From an uncultured Chloroflexia bacterium (GTDB lineage Bacteria > Chloroflexota > Anaerolineae > CG2-30-64-16): a stretch of 64,000 bases of DNA. The translations under genes were made by a program, and so were the position numbers. Below are positions 1 through 9,567 of this stretch, in pieces. Within the stretch, counting starts at the first letter, position 1. Each line of letters starts with the position of its first letter. The stretch spans positions 273,991-337,990 of the forward strand of contig CAWAOA010000007.1 in NCBI GenBank assembly GCA_963783655.1. The letters are read 5' to 3'. Under the pieces are notes generated by a model, which ran no database searches, was not told the origin of the DNA, and saw only the letters and a program-made list of their open reading frames with translations.

Positions 1-614
1 ACGACGCTCCCACCGGGACCGCGAATCTGGGTGACAGCTTCGGTAGCTGTCAGGCGCGTGACGTCCTTGCCGTCCACGGCCATGATCACGTCCCCTACCC
101 GCAAGCCGGCTTTCTCGGCCGGTTGCTCGGGAAAGAGGTAGGTGATCAATACGCCCCCACCTTCAGCGTTCGCGACACGCGCCCCGATCCCCTCAAAGTG
201 GCCTTCCATGTCCGAGTTGACCATGGCCGCATGCTCTGGGTCCAGGAAGGAGGTGTGCGGATCGCCGAGACGTTCCACCATGCCCCGCAGCGCATCGTAG
301 GTGATCTCCTTGCCTTGCGGAAGCTCGCCGTAGAATTGCTTCTGCAGCAGGTCCCACGCTTCCCGCACGAGCTTAAGGTCGATCAGCTCCCCGTTCTCCC
401 CAGCGGGGGCGGACGGCGCCGGAGAATTTGTCCCGGTGAGCGGCGGCTCCGCCTGGCTGGCCGGGCGAGTGCCTCGCATTGCCGCAAGCACCGGCGTCAG
501 GTTGAGTCCACCGCCTACCACCAGCCCCAGCGCAAAGGTCGAGAACATCAGAGCCAAAACGGTAAAGACAACCGCTGCTATCTTCAGCAGCGTGGGCATA
601 CGTGATTCGTTCAT
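1..614 (-). CDS. S41 family C-terminal processing peptidase, N-terminal part (gene runs off the window start)
   Basis: My own minus-strand translation from ATG 614-612 gives MNESRMPTLLKIAAVVFTVLALMF (TM anchor) ... GIGARVANAEGGGVLITYLFPEQPAEKAGLRVGDVIMAVDGKDV (PDZ-like). It is absent from the ORF track because no stop lies inside the window. It is a paralog of the next gene. Confidence 0.8.
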   Translation of the reverse strand, partial: MNESRMPTLLKIAAVVFTVLALMFSTFALGLVVGGGLNLTPVLAAMRGTRPASQAEPPLTGTNSPAPSAPAGENGELIDLKLVREAWDLLQKQFYGELPQGKEITYDALRGMVERLGDPHTSFLDPEHAAMVNSDMEGHFEGIGARVANAEGGGVLITYLFPEQPAEKAGLRVGDVIMAVDGKDVTRLTATEAVTQIRGPGGSV

Positions 615-638
615 ATTCTCCAACGCTAGTTTACATAA

Positions 639-1817
639 TTACGACGAGCGGATCACGGCCAGCGCCCGCTCAAGCTGCGGGTCGGTGCCCGAGCTTCGAT
701 CCTCGGCCGTTACCGGAACACGGTAATCCGGCTGCAAGCCGGTCTTGTCGATCTGATTCCCATTAGGTGTATACCAACGAGCAGTCGTTACATGCAGTGA
801 GGAGCCGTCGGGAAGCTCGTGCACCGACTGGACAGAACCCTTACCGTAAGTCTTCTCGCCTACAAGCACGGCGCGTCCCTGGTCACGAAGGGCGCCCGCA
901 ACGATCTCGGAGGCGCTGGCGGTTCCGCCGTCTACCACGATCACCAGTGGCCACGCCTGAGCGGGGGAGTTGGTGGCTTTGACAGGATAGAGCTTCACCT
1001 CACCGCCTCGCCGGTCCTCCCGCAAGACGCTTCCTTGCGACAGGAATACGCTTGTTGTGTCGACTGCGGAATCTACAAGACCGCCACCGTTCCCGCGGAG
1101 ATCGAGTATCAGCCGGCGTGCCCCTGTCGCCGTCAGTTCCTGCAGTCCGGTCAGGATCTCGCGCCCCGTGCGTTCGGTGAAGATCGTGATGCGCAGGTAT
1201 CCGATACCCGCCTCCTGATCGAGCATGCGCCATTCGATGCTCGGCGTCTCGATCCTCTGCCGCGTGACGCTGACGTGCACGAGATCGGTCTGCCCCTGCC
1301 GGCGCAGCCCCAGGCGCACCGAGGTGCCGATCTCGCCGCGAATCAACACAATCACGGCATCGTTCGTGATCTCGGGCTCCAGGGTCTTGCCCTCGACGGA
1401 CACCAGGATATCGCCGTCGATGACTCCGGCCTGGATAGCCGGGCTGTCCTTCATCGGCGAAAGAATCACTTCTCCAGCCTCGCCACGCTTGATATATGCG
1501 CCAATACCACCGAACTGGCCGCGCAGGTCATCGCGCTCGAGGGTTCTAGGGCCCGGCTCGACGAACACCGTATATGGGTCCTTGTAGCTGCTCACGAGAC
1601 CGTGCGCGGCGCCGTATGCCTGGGCCTGTGCGACGGGCTGGTCACCCAGAAACTCGGTCTGAAGCAGATCGCGGACACGCCAGAAGGTGCCCAGGTCGCC
1701 CTGCTCGACCGCTGCCTGCTGTCCGCGCTGATCGCCCAGCACATATCCACCCACAAACGCCATGCCTACGAGCACGGTGACGACGAAAGCGAGGGCGAAG
1801 GCCCGTAGTCCGGACAT
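639..1817 (-). CDS. S41 family C-terminal processing peptidase (PDZ plus peptidase domain)
   Basis: Part of ORF 639..2108. The homolog-like sequence starts at MSGLRAFALAFVVTVLVGMAF (ATG 1817), with an alternative ATG at 1847. Motifs: PDZ (GGIGAYI...SPAIQAGVIDGDILVSVEG) and S41 catalytic region (LDLRGNGGG, TASASE, GEKTYGKG). Confidence 0.9.
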   Translation of the reverse strand: MSGLRAFALAFVVTVLVGMAFVGGYVLGDQRGQQAAVEQGDLGTFWRVRDLLQTEFLGDQPVAQAQAYGAAHGLVSSYKDPYTVFVEPGPRTLERDDLRGQFGGIGAYIKRGEAGEVILSPMKDSPAIQAGVIDGDILVSVEGKTLEPEITNDAVIVLIRGEIGTSVRLGLRRQGQTDLVHVSVTRQRIETPSIEWRMLDQEAGIGYLRITIFTERTGREILTGLQELTATGARRLILDLRGNGGGLVDSAVDTTSVFLSQGSVLREDRRGGEVKLYPVKATNSPAQAWPLVIVVDGGTASASEIVAGALRDQGRAVLVGEKTYGKGSVQSVHELPDGSSLHVTTARWYTPNGNQIDKTGLQPDYRVPVTAEDRSSGTDPQLERALAVIRSS

Positions 1818-1878
1818 ATGACTCCGCGAGAAAGAAATGGTCGACATAACACGTTGCGATACCCCAATGGGTGCGGGC

Positions 1879-1887
1879 ATTCTAACA
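1879..1887 (-). promoter_or_regulatory. Candidate extended -10 element (TGtTAGAAT) upstream of the S41 peptidase gene
   Basis: The minus strand reads cctgTGTTAGAATgcc about 55 nt upstream of ATG 1817. There is no convincing -35. Confidence 0.3.
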
Positions 1888-2207
1888 CAGGAGAGGGTGA
1901 GGAACCAGTGCGCGCGCGTCACGCGTGCGTGGAAGTGACCGCACCACAAGAGGCGCTGTCGCGGCCGGCACACGAGGAACAGGTGCACCCACGTGAGGCG
2001 TGCTGGGAAGCAAGGACTGGCAAGGCACCAATGAGCCGGTAGCGAGAACGAGAGCTTTTGGCAAAGGCGTGAAATTCTCCGGCAATCTTCGGTTGCGGAA
2101 GCGCCCACCGGCGTGGGCAGCTTTCACCGAGCGTGGGATCTGAGAATTCCGGCACCGACGCACGGTCGTGATTACCTATGCGAGCGCCCGGAACCAGTTC
2201 GGAACGA

Positions 2208-2507
2208 TCACTGAGCGGAACCCAGGAATCGGTCCAGTGACCGCCCCGAGCTAATAGCCGCATCCCTATCCCCCGCACCTGCCCCGATTGTCCGATCGAC
2301 ATAACATACATAGTGTGAACATGTAGCTTGACCGGGAAGTCCCCTGGGGGCGACAACGATTTGGTGTAGCGCAATGCGCCCCTCACCGCCAGCGGCGATG
2401 CGGGTGGTTCGGTAACGCCTGCAAGACTCGACTGCCCGAAGTGTCAGGGAGACCGCAAGCAAGGCCAGGTGTCCGACGTCGATCGCCAGATCGGGCGAAG
2501 CGGCCAT
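2208..2507 (-). CDS. Hypothetical small ORF (99 aa as sequenced), coding status doubtful
   Basis: The ATG is preceded by GGAGGAacacagcc (strong SD, 7-nt spacing). The product has no recognisable family and is Arg/Gly-rich after about 30 residues. It may be spurious or a decayed gene. Confidence 0.2.
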   Translation of the reverse strand: MAASPDLAIDVGHLALLAVSLTLRAVESCRRYRTTRIAAGGEGRIALHQIVVAPRGLPGQATCSHYVCYVDRTIGAGAGDRDAAISSGRSLDRFLGSAQ

Positions 2508-3106
2508 GGCTGTGTTCCTCCGGAAGCTGCTATGATCGTTCTGTCAAGTAGCGATATCGAAAAGGGCGCGTCGCAATGTGGGGGCCACGAGAGACGGGTC
2601 AGCCCGCAGGTGGTCCGTGCCATGTGACAGGGCGAAGCGCCGGCAGCCGGCAGGACCGGCCCCGCGCGCTGCCACCCAGCGCTTAGCCCCTACGATTCGC
2701 GGGGGCTCCATAATCGCCGACTTCCCGCGCTTTCACCACATCAGAATAGGATCCGTGGTGGCATTTCCCGGAAATTGGGTGAGTGAGCCACGGCTCTTCC
2801 GCCAATTCGCGGCCCTGATGCGCACCTGACCGTCGTGCCCGCTGGCGAATGATTGGTCCAAACTGGCCGGGCACGGACGGGACCCGTGCTATGCGTTGCC
2901 GCGCTGCAAGAGAGATCGCGAGAGCCGTGAATTCGCCGGGCGAGACGCTTATGGGACAACGAACGATCCTCACAACCCTATTGGTAAGATGCGGCGCAAG
3001 CGCGGCGGCGCCCCGCACAGGCCAGCGATTTCGTATCGATCTGGCCCGCGGGGCGCCGTGCGTACCTGGCTTGCTCCAGTAGCTGTGTTAGCCGCCTCTA
3101 TCCGGC

Positions 3107-4234
3107 CTATACGTCCGTACCCTGCCCGATGCGCGGGATGGCGTAGACCGGCTTCCAGCCCTTGCTGAGCGGCTCGCGCAGGAACGGTTCCATGTCAGCC
3201 TCCGTGCGCAGCGTCACCTCTTCTACCGGCGGTACCTTGCCGGCAGGGAATGCCTCGAGGATGTCGTCGTGCCACAGCGTGAGGTATTTCAGGATGGCGG
3301 CCATCGGACGCTTGGCCTTCTCGGCCTTGCTGGACTTGGCTTTGCCCACCACGCCCTCCGGGGTGGCAGCGATCTCGATGGCAAAGTGCCCCTCACCCTC
3401 GGACCAGCGGCTCGGCCGGCCAAACGGATCGACCGACTTGTCGAAGTGCCCTTCGGGGATGAAGCTCTTCCCTTCGGTATCGACGGCGGCGTTCATGTCC
3501 ACCATCTCGGGGAACAGCAACAGCCCCAACGACGTCTCCGACTCATCTGCATGCACAAAATTGGTGTCCCACCCACCGCCGCGCTCGCCGGTCCGGAAGA
3601 ACTCGCGCACCGCACGGTGCCAGTCGATCACCCGGAAGACGCCGGGTAGCTGGTAGCGCTTCTGGAACTCCTGTATGGCCGACTCAAGCATCCAGAGCTG
3701 GCCATGGTTGTTGACGATCAGTTGCTTGCGGAAGCCGTCGTTCCACAGCCCCAACATTACGTCAATCATTACTTCGCGCACCACGTGCTCACGCAGCATG
3801 ACGGTGCCCGGCATCCCCACGTGGTGATACGGGTGCCCGCCGTAGTTGAGCGGAGGCAGCGCCAAATTGACCGGATTGCCACGCTTTGCGGTATACCGGT
3901 GCACGCCTTCGCAGATTGCGCTGACGAAGAGCGTGTCCATCGCGCTGATCGTATGCTGGCCGTGCAGTTCGGTACAGCCAACAGGGATGAAGACGATATC
4001 GTTCTTCTTGCGGTTCGCTTCCACCTGGTGGCGGATCGTGGTCTGGATGTAGGAGTTGGGCTTCGCCCACTCTACAGGCGACGGGATGCCGTACTCGGCC
4101 AGGATGGCGTCGATCTCTGCATCCGTCGATTCCCATACCTGCTTCTTCAGCCGGCCAACGCTGTTGTCCTCGAAGAAGAGGTCGACCTGGTCGGTGGCCA
4201 ACAGGCCGGGTGGTGTCTTACCGTTGGATGACAT
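3107..4234 (-). CDS. Creatininase family protein (candidate 3-dehydro-scyllo-inosose hydrolase, IolN-like)
   Basis: Intact 375-aa ORF. Creatininase-fold motifs are present (IVFIPVGCTELHGQH, NNHGQ, HADESETS). The genomic context contains inositol-type dehydrogenases. Confidence 0.85.
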   Translation of the reverse strand: MSSNGKTPPGLLATDQVDLFFEDNSVGRLKKQVWESTDAEIDAILAEYGIPSPVEWAKPNSYIQTTIRHQVEANRKKNDIVFIPVGCTELHGQHTISAMDTLFVSAICEGVHRYTAKRGNPVNLALPPLNYGGHPYHHVGMPGTVMLREHVVREVMIDVMLGLWNDGFRKQLIVNNHGQLWMLESAIQEFQKRYQLPGVFRVIDWHRAVREFFRTGERGGGWDTNFVHADESETSLGLLLFPEMVDMNAAVDTEGKSFIPEGHFDKSVDPFGRPSRWSEGEGHFAIEIAATPEGVVGKAKSSKAEKAKRPMAAILKYLTLWHDDILEAFPAGKVPPVEEVTLRTEADMEPFLREPLSKGWKPVYAIPRIGQGTDV

Positions 4235-4260
4235 AGGTTATCTCCTCAGTACCAAGGGGT

Positions 4261-5097
4261 CTATTCGACCCGGAAGTGCTCGCTCAGGATCTGCAAAGCA
4301 TCATCGCGAGCCCGCATTGCCAGAGTGATCGGATCCCACGACCAGTACTCGGGACGAAACAGCTCGATCGAGCACGGACCGTCGTAGCCGATCGCACTCA
4401 AGCGGCGGCAGATCTCTTGCAAGGGTACTACACCGGCTCCTGGCAGCAGACGGGCCGCATCGCCGATCGCTTCTTTCGGCATGTCCTCGAGATCGTCGAG
4501 ATGGAAGCCAAAGATGTCAGATGGCTCCAGCCGGTCCAGCTCTGCCATGGTCCCGCCGCCGGTGTAGAAGTGTGCTGCGTCCAGGATCATCCCCACGTTG
4601 GGCCGGTTCACCGCGCGGACGATCTCTGCAGCACCGCGAGGCGTGCGAACCGAGCACCATCCGAAGCCGAGAAACTCGAACGCCAGCTTCACGCCGGACG
4701 GCAGCGCGATCTCGCTCAAGTCACGCAGCACACGCGTGTACTCGGCCACCACGTCTGCCCAGGGAAGAGACCGGTCAGGCGTGGGACTGGGCACGACCAC
4801 GATCACGGGGCAGCCGATTGCCTCTGCGATGCGGCATAGCTCGCTGCAGCGGGATTGGATGACGGCGTAATCGGCGGGCGTCCGAAAGCCGATAAACTCG
4901 ATCGAGTTCATCGCCATCGGCACAACGCCGCGCTGGTCAAGCAGCCCGCGGAGATCGGCGAGGCTGTGCGATGCGAGATACGTGTCGACCTTCCCCGCCC
5001 AAAGCTCGAGCCCCTGATAGCCGGCCTCTGACGTCGCCGCGATATCCGCGGCGAGATCCGAGGTCATGGTGGTAGCTCCGTGGAAACCTAGCCTCAT
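4261..5097 (-). CDS. Sugar phosphate isomerase/epimerase, xylose isomerase-like TIM barrel (IolO/IolI-like)
   Basis: Intact 278-aa ORF. It has the typical N-terminus (GYQGLELW) and metal-site motifs (FEFLG, ILDAAHF, FHLDD, SIELF). Confidence 0.85.
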   Translation of the reverse strand: MRLGFHGATTMTSDLAADIAATSEAGYQGLELWAGKVDTYLASHSLADLRGLLDQRGVVPMAMNSIEFIGFRTPADYAVIQSRCSELCRIAEAIGCPVIVVVPSPTPDRSLPWADVVAEYTRVLRDLSEIALPSGVKLAFEFLGFGWCSVRTPRGAAEIVRAVNRPNVGMILDAAHFYTGGGTMAELDRLEPSDIFGFHLDDLEDMPKEAIGDAARLLPGAGVVPLQEICRRLSAIGYDGPCSIELFRPEYWSWDPITLAMRARDDALQILSEHFRVE

Positions 5098-5115
5098 TCG
5101 TCTGGTCCTCGTTCG

Positions 5116-6128
5116 TTAGCAGATCTCGTCCAGCCGCACGGGCCGGTTCTCGCGGTAGGACTTCCATGCCGCATGGCCCATAATCACTGACTGCCGCCCA
5201 TCCTCGCCCGTGACAGGCGGCTGCCCGTCGTTCAGAACGCAGTCCACGAAGATGCGCAGCTCATCTACGTACGTTTCGGGGTAGCGCTGCATGAAGAAAC
5301 GCGGCGCGACGGCGCTATGGAAGCCGCGAGCGTCGCCCTGAACGACGGTGTTGACTGCCTGATTGGCGGCGATGGCATTGCCTTCCGTGCAGAACACTTC
5401 AAGGCGCTGGTCGTAGCCGAAGACGGACTTGCGGCTGTTCTCGATGACACCGATCGTGCCATTCGTGAAGCGTAGCGTGACGATATCAGTGTCTACGTCG
5501 CCAATTTCGCCGAGCTCGGGCGCTACGAACACGCCCCCAGAGCGTAAACTTCCTGCACGTTGCCCAACTGGAAACGTGCCATGTCGAAGTCGTGGATGGT
5601 CATATCAAGAAACATGCCGCCCGAGGTCTTGAGGAACTCGATGGACGGCGGCTCCGGATCCCGATTGACGATGTGCAGCGAGACCGGCCGTCCGATCGTT
5701 CCCGACGAGACGATGTCGCGCACTCGCTGCATGCTCGGATCGAAACGCCGGTTGAAGCCGACCTGCAGTTTGACGCCGGCGCGTTCCACAGCGAGCAGCG
5801 CCCGATCGATGCTCGCCAAATCGAGCGCCAGTGGCTTCTCACAGAAGATCTGCTTCCCGGCTACCGCACAGTCCGCGATGATCTCTGCATGAGCGTCGGT
5901 GCTGGCCGCGATGACGATCGCCTCGATCGAATCATCGGCCAGCAGCTCGTGGTAATCCTGCTCCACACGCGCGATCCCCAGTTCATCCGCCACTTCCCGG
6001 GCAATGTCGAGCCGCAGGTCACACACTGCGACGACGTTGGCCTCGGGGAGGCGGCGAACCAGGTTGCGCGTGTGGAAGCTGCCAATGCGTCCCGTGCCGA
6101 CTACGGCAAGATTCAGTCGCCTGGCCAT
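5116..6128 (-). pseudogene. Gfo/Idh/MocA family oxidoreductase (inositol 2-dehydrogenase-like), one frameshift as sequenced
   Basis: ORFs 5523..6146 (MARRLNLAVVGTGRIGSFH..., Rossmann fold) and 5116..5532 (FVAPELGE...) are collinear with the intact paralog at 9568..10581. The break lies at the C5 run 5534-5538; one extra base there restores ALGGVFVAPELG. Confidence 0.85.
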
Positions 6129-6139
6129 TGTCTCACCCA

Positions 6140-7183
6140 CTAGCACTTGATGACGATCTTCTCAGCCGACATCGGGCCATGCTCCATCGTCACAGGATCC
6201 AGCCCCAGGTCACGGAAGGCGCTGATCCCATCTTCCAGGGGCAGAACCTTGGTGAAGAACGGCTTCATCTCGATCCGGTTCTCCTGGAACATCCGAATTG
6301 ACGGTTCCATGGTGTTTTGGCCCAGATAGAGCCCGAGTACCTTGGTCGCCCATCGGGTGATGTCATTCGGGCGTACGGTGATCTCGACATCCGAGTCCAT
6401 GCCGAACGGCAGCACCTTGCCGCCGGGTGCAGCCATCTGCAGCGCAACGCCCAGCTGGCTGCCGGTTGCCTCGATGACGATGTCGGCGCCGCGGCCGTAG
6501 GTAAATTCCTTCGCCATCTTCACGACATCCACTTCGTTCGGGTTCCACACAGGTACGCCGAGTTCCTTGGCCACACCGATGCGGAACGGGTCGATTTCGG
6601 TGACCGCGACCTTTGCCGCAATATTCTTGGCGATCGCGGCGAACAGGTAGCCGATGGGACCGAAGCCAATGATCACGACGTAGTCATACGGCATCATGCC
6701 CAGCGTGTTGTACCCGTTGACTACCGTTCCCAGCGTTTCCACCTGGGTCGCCAGGATGTCGTCGATCTCGGTGGGCAGCTTGTAGCATTGCTTGGCCGGA
6801 ATCACGCAATACTCGGCCATGCCGCCGTTTACTTTCACGCCGAGAGTGCTGGTGGCGATACTCGTGCACTGGCTGCTCAAGCCCATGCGGCAGAAGGTGC
6901 AAACGCCACAGCGGATATTGTTGTCGATGCAGACGCGGTCACCGATCTTGATGTGGTTGGGATGCGTCCCGACTTCGACGACCGTGCCGGCGAACTCGTG
7001 TCCGAGCACGACATTTTGCTTGTAAGAATGCTTGCCTTCCAGGATCTTCTTGTCGGTGCCGCATATGCCACAGGCCGCCACGCGGATGATCACGTCATCC
7101 GGATTCTGGATCTGCGGCATGGGGATCATGTCGCATTCCATCCGGCCGACGTCACGGAACACCAACGCCTTCATCTTCTCCAT
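6140..7183 (-). CDS. Zn-dependent alcohol dehydrogenase (sorbitol/threonine dehydrogenase-like MDR)
   Basis: Starts MEKMKALVF with GGAGG 7 nt upstream. Motifs: GICGTD, GHEFAG, a structural-Zn Cys cluster (CGVCTFCRMG) and GFGPIG (NAD binding). Confidence 0.9.
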   Translation of the reverse strand: MEKMKALVFRDVGRMECDMIPMPQIQNPDDVIIRVAACGICGTDKKILEGKHSYKQNVVLGHEFAGTVVEVGTHPNHIKIGDRVCIDNNIRCGVCTFCRMGLSSQCTSIATSTLGVKVNGGMAEYCVIPAKQCYKLPTEIDDILATQVETLGTVVNGYNTLGMMPYDYVVIIGFGPIGYLFAAIAKNIAAKVAVTEIDPFRIGVAKELGVPVWNPNEVDVVKMAKEFTYGRGADIVIEATGSQLGVALQMAAPGGKVLPFGMDSDVEITVRPNDITRWATKVLGLYLGQNTMEPSIRMFQENRIEMKPFFTKVLPLEDGISAFRDLGLDPVTMEHGPMSAEKIVIKC

Positions 7184-7208
7184 TGTGAACCTCCTGCTCC
7201 TGTTTGAA

Positions 7209-8366
7209 TCAGTTGGGATACACCATGATCTTGCCGTCCGCCCGCGAGCCGGACTGCGCGATTGCCTGAACCACCTGCTCGAGATTGTAGCGGGCAGTGA
7301 TGATCGGGGAGAGGTCAAGGCGACCGCTCTCCACCAGCCGGATCACATTGGGGAAAGTTGCGTCCCCTGAGTGCCCCTGGGCGCCAAACAGCTGTGCCCG
7401 CCGGATCTGGTAGGATTCCAGGATCATAGGGACGACAGCGGCGGCTCGGCCCACCAGGGAGACCTTCGCGTTGATCGCCAGCGCCTTTCCAGCCTCAGGA
7501 ATGACCTTGTCCGGCACGCCCGATGCTTCCATGAAGAAATCGAACCCTTGCCCTTTGGACAGCTCCATCAGAACTTCACTGATGCTGACTTCGCGCGGGT
7601 CGAAAGCTTCGTCGGCGCCGATCTTCTTGGCCAGCTCGCGGCGCTGCGGCGATACCTCGAACGCCACGATCTTGGCGGCGCCTGCGGTGCGCGCCAGGCC
7701 AATGCCGGCCAGGCCAATCGGTCCTGCCCCGAACACCGCCATATAAGCGCCGGGCTTGTACCCCTCAGCGCGGTTGAAAATCGTGTTGTACGCCACGCAG
7801 GTGGGCTCGGACATCGCAGCCATGTCGTAGCCGAGCTTCTCGCCGTAACGCTCCAGGATGCCGTCGACCTTCCAGCAATATTTCTCTTTCACGGCCATGA
7901 ACTGCGCAAAAGCGCCATCGATGGTGAAACCGATCTCCTCCAGGTTCTCGCAGTGATTGAAGAAACCGTTGCGGCACGGCGTGCAGTAGCCACACCACTG
8001 CATCTCTTCGACCGTAACGGGATCTCCGACCTTGAGGTACTTTACCGCGCTGCCGATCTCGGCGACCCGAGCGGCAAATTCGTGTCCGGTCGTCACCGGG
8101 AACTTGGTCAACCCAGGGTAAAACATGTACCCGTCTGCATCGCTCTCATAGAAGTGGATGTCGGAGCCGCAGACACCGCAGGCCTGCACTTCGAGCAAAA
8201 CCTCGTCCGGCGCCATAATCTTCGGTTCGGGCTTGTCCACCACCAGCATGTGCGAATGGCGCCACACGTTGCTGCCGGTGATGGCCTTTCCGGTTTGGAC
8301 TTCCCACTCCGTCGGGGAGTATTCCGGCTTCGGATCCCACTTCGCATCCAGCACCAATGCCTTCAT
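7209..8366 (-). CDS. Zn-dependent alcohol dehydrogenase with extended N-terminus (candidate scyllo-inosose 3-dehydrogenase, IolM-like)
   Basis: Intact 385-aa ORF. Motifs: GVCGSD, GHEFAARV, CGYCTPCRNG, GAGPIG. Its start overlaps the LacI stop (ATGA). Confidence 0.85.
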   Translation of the reverse strand: MKALVLDAKWDPKPEYSPTEWEVQTGKAITGSNVWRHSHMLVVDKPEPKIMAPDEVLLEVQACGVCGSDIHFYESDADGYMFYPGLTKFPVTTGHEFAARVAEIGSAVKYLKVGDPVTVEEMQWCGYCTPCRNGFFNHCENLEEIGFTIDGAFAQFMAVKEKYCWKVDGILERYGEKLGYDMAAMSEPTCVAYNTIFNRAEGYKPGAYMAVFGAGPIGLAGIGLARTAGAAKIVAFEVSPQRRELAKKIGADEAFDPREVSISEVLMELSKGQGFDFFMEASGVPDKVIPEAGKALAINAKVSLVGRAAAVVPMILESYQIRRAQLFGAQGHSGDATFPNVIRLVESGRLDLSPIITARYNLEQVVQAIAQSGSRADGKIMVYPN

Positions 8367-9415
8367 TTCGATCCCTCCTGGTTATCAACTGGTTTGATTG
8401 TCGCTTCAGAGTACGTGGAAGCTCGCACGATCAGCTTTCCCTGCAAAATCTGATCCGCCACCTCTGGCTCCCCTGGTGTTTGTCCCCCAACCAGGGCCAT
8501 CGCCATGGCCATTGCCCGTTGACCCAACTCAAGCTTTGGCTGTGCGACGGTTGTGAGTGGCGGGCAGACATATGAAGCAAACGGGATATCGTCGAAGCCA
8601 GCCACTGCCAGATCGCCCGGCACATTCAGCCCGGCAGCTCGCGCCGACCGCAGCATGCCGATAGCCGTCAGATCGTTGTAGCAGAATACCGCTGTGGGGC
8701 GCTCGGCCAGGGCAGAGAAAGCGGCAAAAGCCGCCTCGCCGCCTTCCATCTTGCCGTTACCCGGCAACACCAGTCGCGGCTCAAACCGTATTCCTGCCGA
8801 CGTAATCCCTTCGCGATACCCTGCCAGGCGGTTGATACTGGGACTGTGACCGGCAGGCCCGGAAAGGTGAGCGATCGTGCGGTGCCCCAGCCCGATCAGA
8901 TGCTCGGTTGCCAGGCGGGCGCCGTGCTCATCGTCCACACGCACAGAGAAGGTTCTCCCTCCCTGGTGGCTGTGGTTATTCAGCAGGATCACGGGCACCC
9001 CTGCCGCACCCAGGCGCTCCTGGTGCAACGCGCCCACCCGCGACGACGTGACGATGACAGCGTCTACCCGCTTGGAGTGCAGCATCTCGACTGCTGCCAG
9101 CTCCTTGAAAGGATCGTCTCCCGATGCCGCGAGGATCAAGGAATAGCCACGGGTGTACGCCTCCCCCTCAATCCCTTCCACAACCTGGGCCGACCACGGG
9201 TCCGCGATTGTCGTTACGACCACGCCGATCGTGAGGGTGCGACCCATCACGAGGCTGCGAGCCGTCGCATCCGGGGAGTAACCCATCTCTCGCGCCAACC
9301 GCCGGATGCGCGTTCTGGTCTCGGGATTGATCAGGGTACTTCCGGCCAGGGCACGCGACACAGTGGAGTGCGACACCCCGGCCGCTCTTGCGATGTCCTT
9401 GATCGAGACTTTCAT
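8363..9415 (-). CDS. LacI family DNA-binding transcriptional regulator
   Basis: MKVSIKDIARAAGVSHSTVSRALAG is a LacI-type HTH, followed by a periplasmic-binding-protein-like sugar domain. It is the first gene of the minus-strand operon. Confidence 0.9.
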   Translation of the reverse strand: MKVSIKDIARAAGVSHSTVSRALAGSTLINPETRTRIRRLAREMGYSPDATARSLVMGRTLTIGVVVTTIADPWSAQVVEGIEGEAYTRGYSLILAASGDDPFKELAAVEMLHSKRVDAVIVTSSRVGALHQERLGAAGVPVILLNNHSHQGGRTFSVRVDDEHGARLATEHLIGLGHRTIAHLSGPAGHSPSINRLAGYREGITSAGIRFEPRLVLPGNGKMEGGEAAFAAFSALAERPTAVFCYNDLTAIGMLRSARAAGLNVPGDLAVAGFDDIPFASYVCPPLTTVAQPKLELGQRAMAMAMALVGGQTPGEPEVADQILQGKLIVRASTYSEATIKPVDNQEGSK

Positions 9416-9425
9416 TGCACAACCT

Positions 9426-9439
9426 TGCAAACGTGTGCA
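9426..9439. promoter_or_regulatory. Palindromic operator copy 1 (TGCAAACGTGTGCA), candidate LacI-family site
   Basis: A 14-bp near-palindrome 11 nt upstream of the LacI start. It shares the 12-mer ACGTGTGCACGG with copy 2. Confidence 0.55.
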
Positions 9440-9509
9440 CGGGCAGACAAAGAAAAGGGGCGGCACGGCGCCCGAACTGCGGGGGGCGGCAAGCGGCGCC
9501 CCTCCGGCT

Positions 9510-9538
9510 AAGATAGCAGAACCCGGGTCTCAAGTCAA
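9510..9538 (-). promoter_or_regulatory. Candidate sigma-70 promoter of the LacI-led catabolic operon (TTGACT-17-TATCTT)
   Basis: The minus strand reads cctgTTGACTtgagacccgggttctgcTATCTTagcc. A tandem 9-mer (GTGCACCTG x2, plus-strand 9539-9556) lies immediately upstream. Confidence 0.5.
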
Positions 9539-9567
9539 CAGGTGCACCAGGTGCACGGCCACCAGAG

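Noticed and set aside
819-1808. 329-aa plus-strand ORF
   Set aside because: It is fully antisense to a well-supported S41 peptidase gene. Its composition is Arg/Ala/Gly-rich with no family motifs, which is typical of a GC-rich shadow ORF. The same applies to 123..605, 3162..3656 and 3704..4231.
2330-2470. RNase P RNA-like motifs (GGGAAGUCC, GGUAACGCCUG, GCAAGGCCAG)
   Set aside because: The motifs are in the wrong order relative to type A RNase P, and the P4 3' strand (ACAGAACCCGGCUUA) is absent on both strands.
2575-2715. tmRNA, tRNA-like, SRP RNA or cobalamin riboswitch
   Set aside because: The 5' GGGGGCC and 3' GGGGGCUCCA ends cannot pair as an acceptor stem, and there is no UUCGACG or T-arm polarity. 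The SRP helix 8 GGAA tetraloop motif is absent. The B12-box and GCCACUGU-like matches are off by indels, and the GGUGxAAxUCC helix is missing. It is reported only as an unexplained structured region.
6317-8453. 296-aa and 360-aa plus-strand ORFs (6317..7207, 7371..8453)
   Set aside because: They are antisense to the two Zn-ADH genes, which have unambiguous catalytic motifs. These are shadow ORFs.
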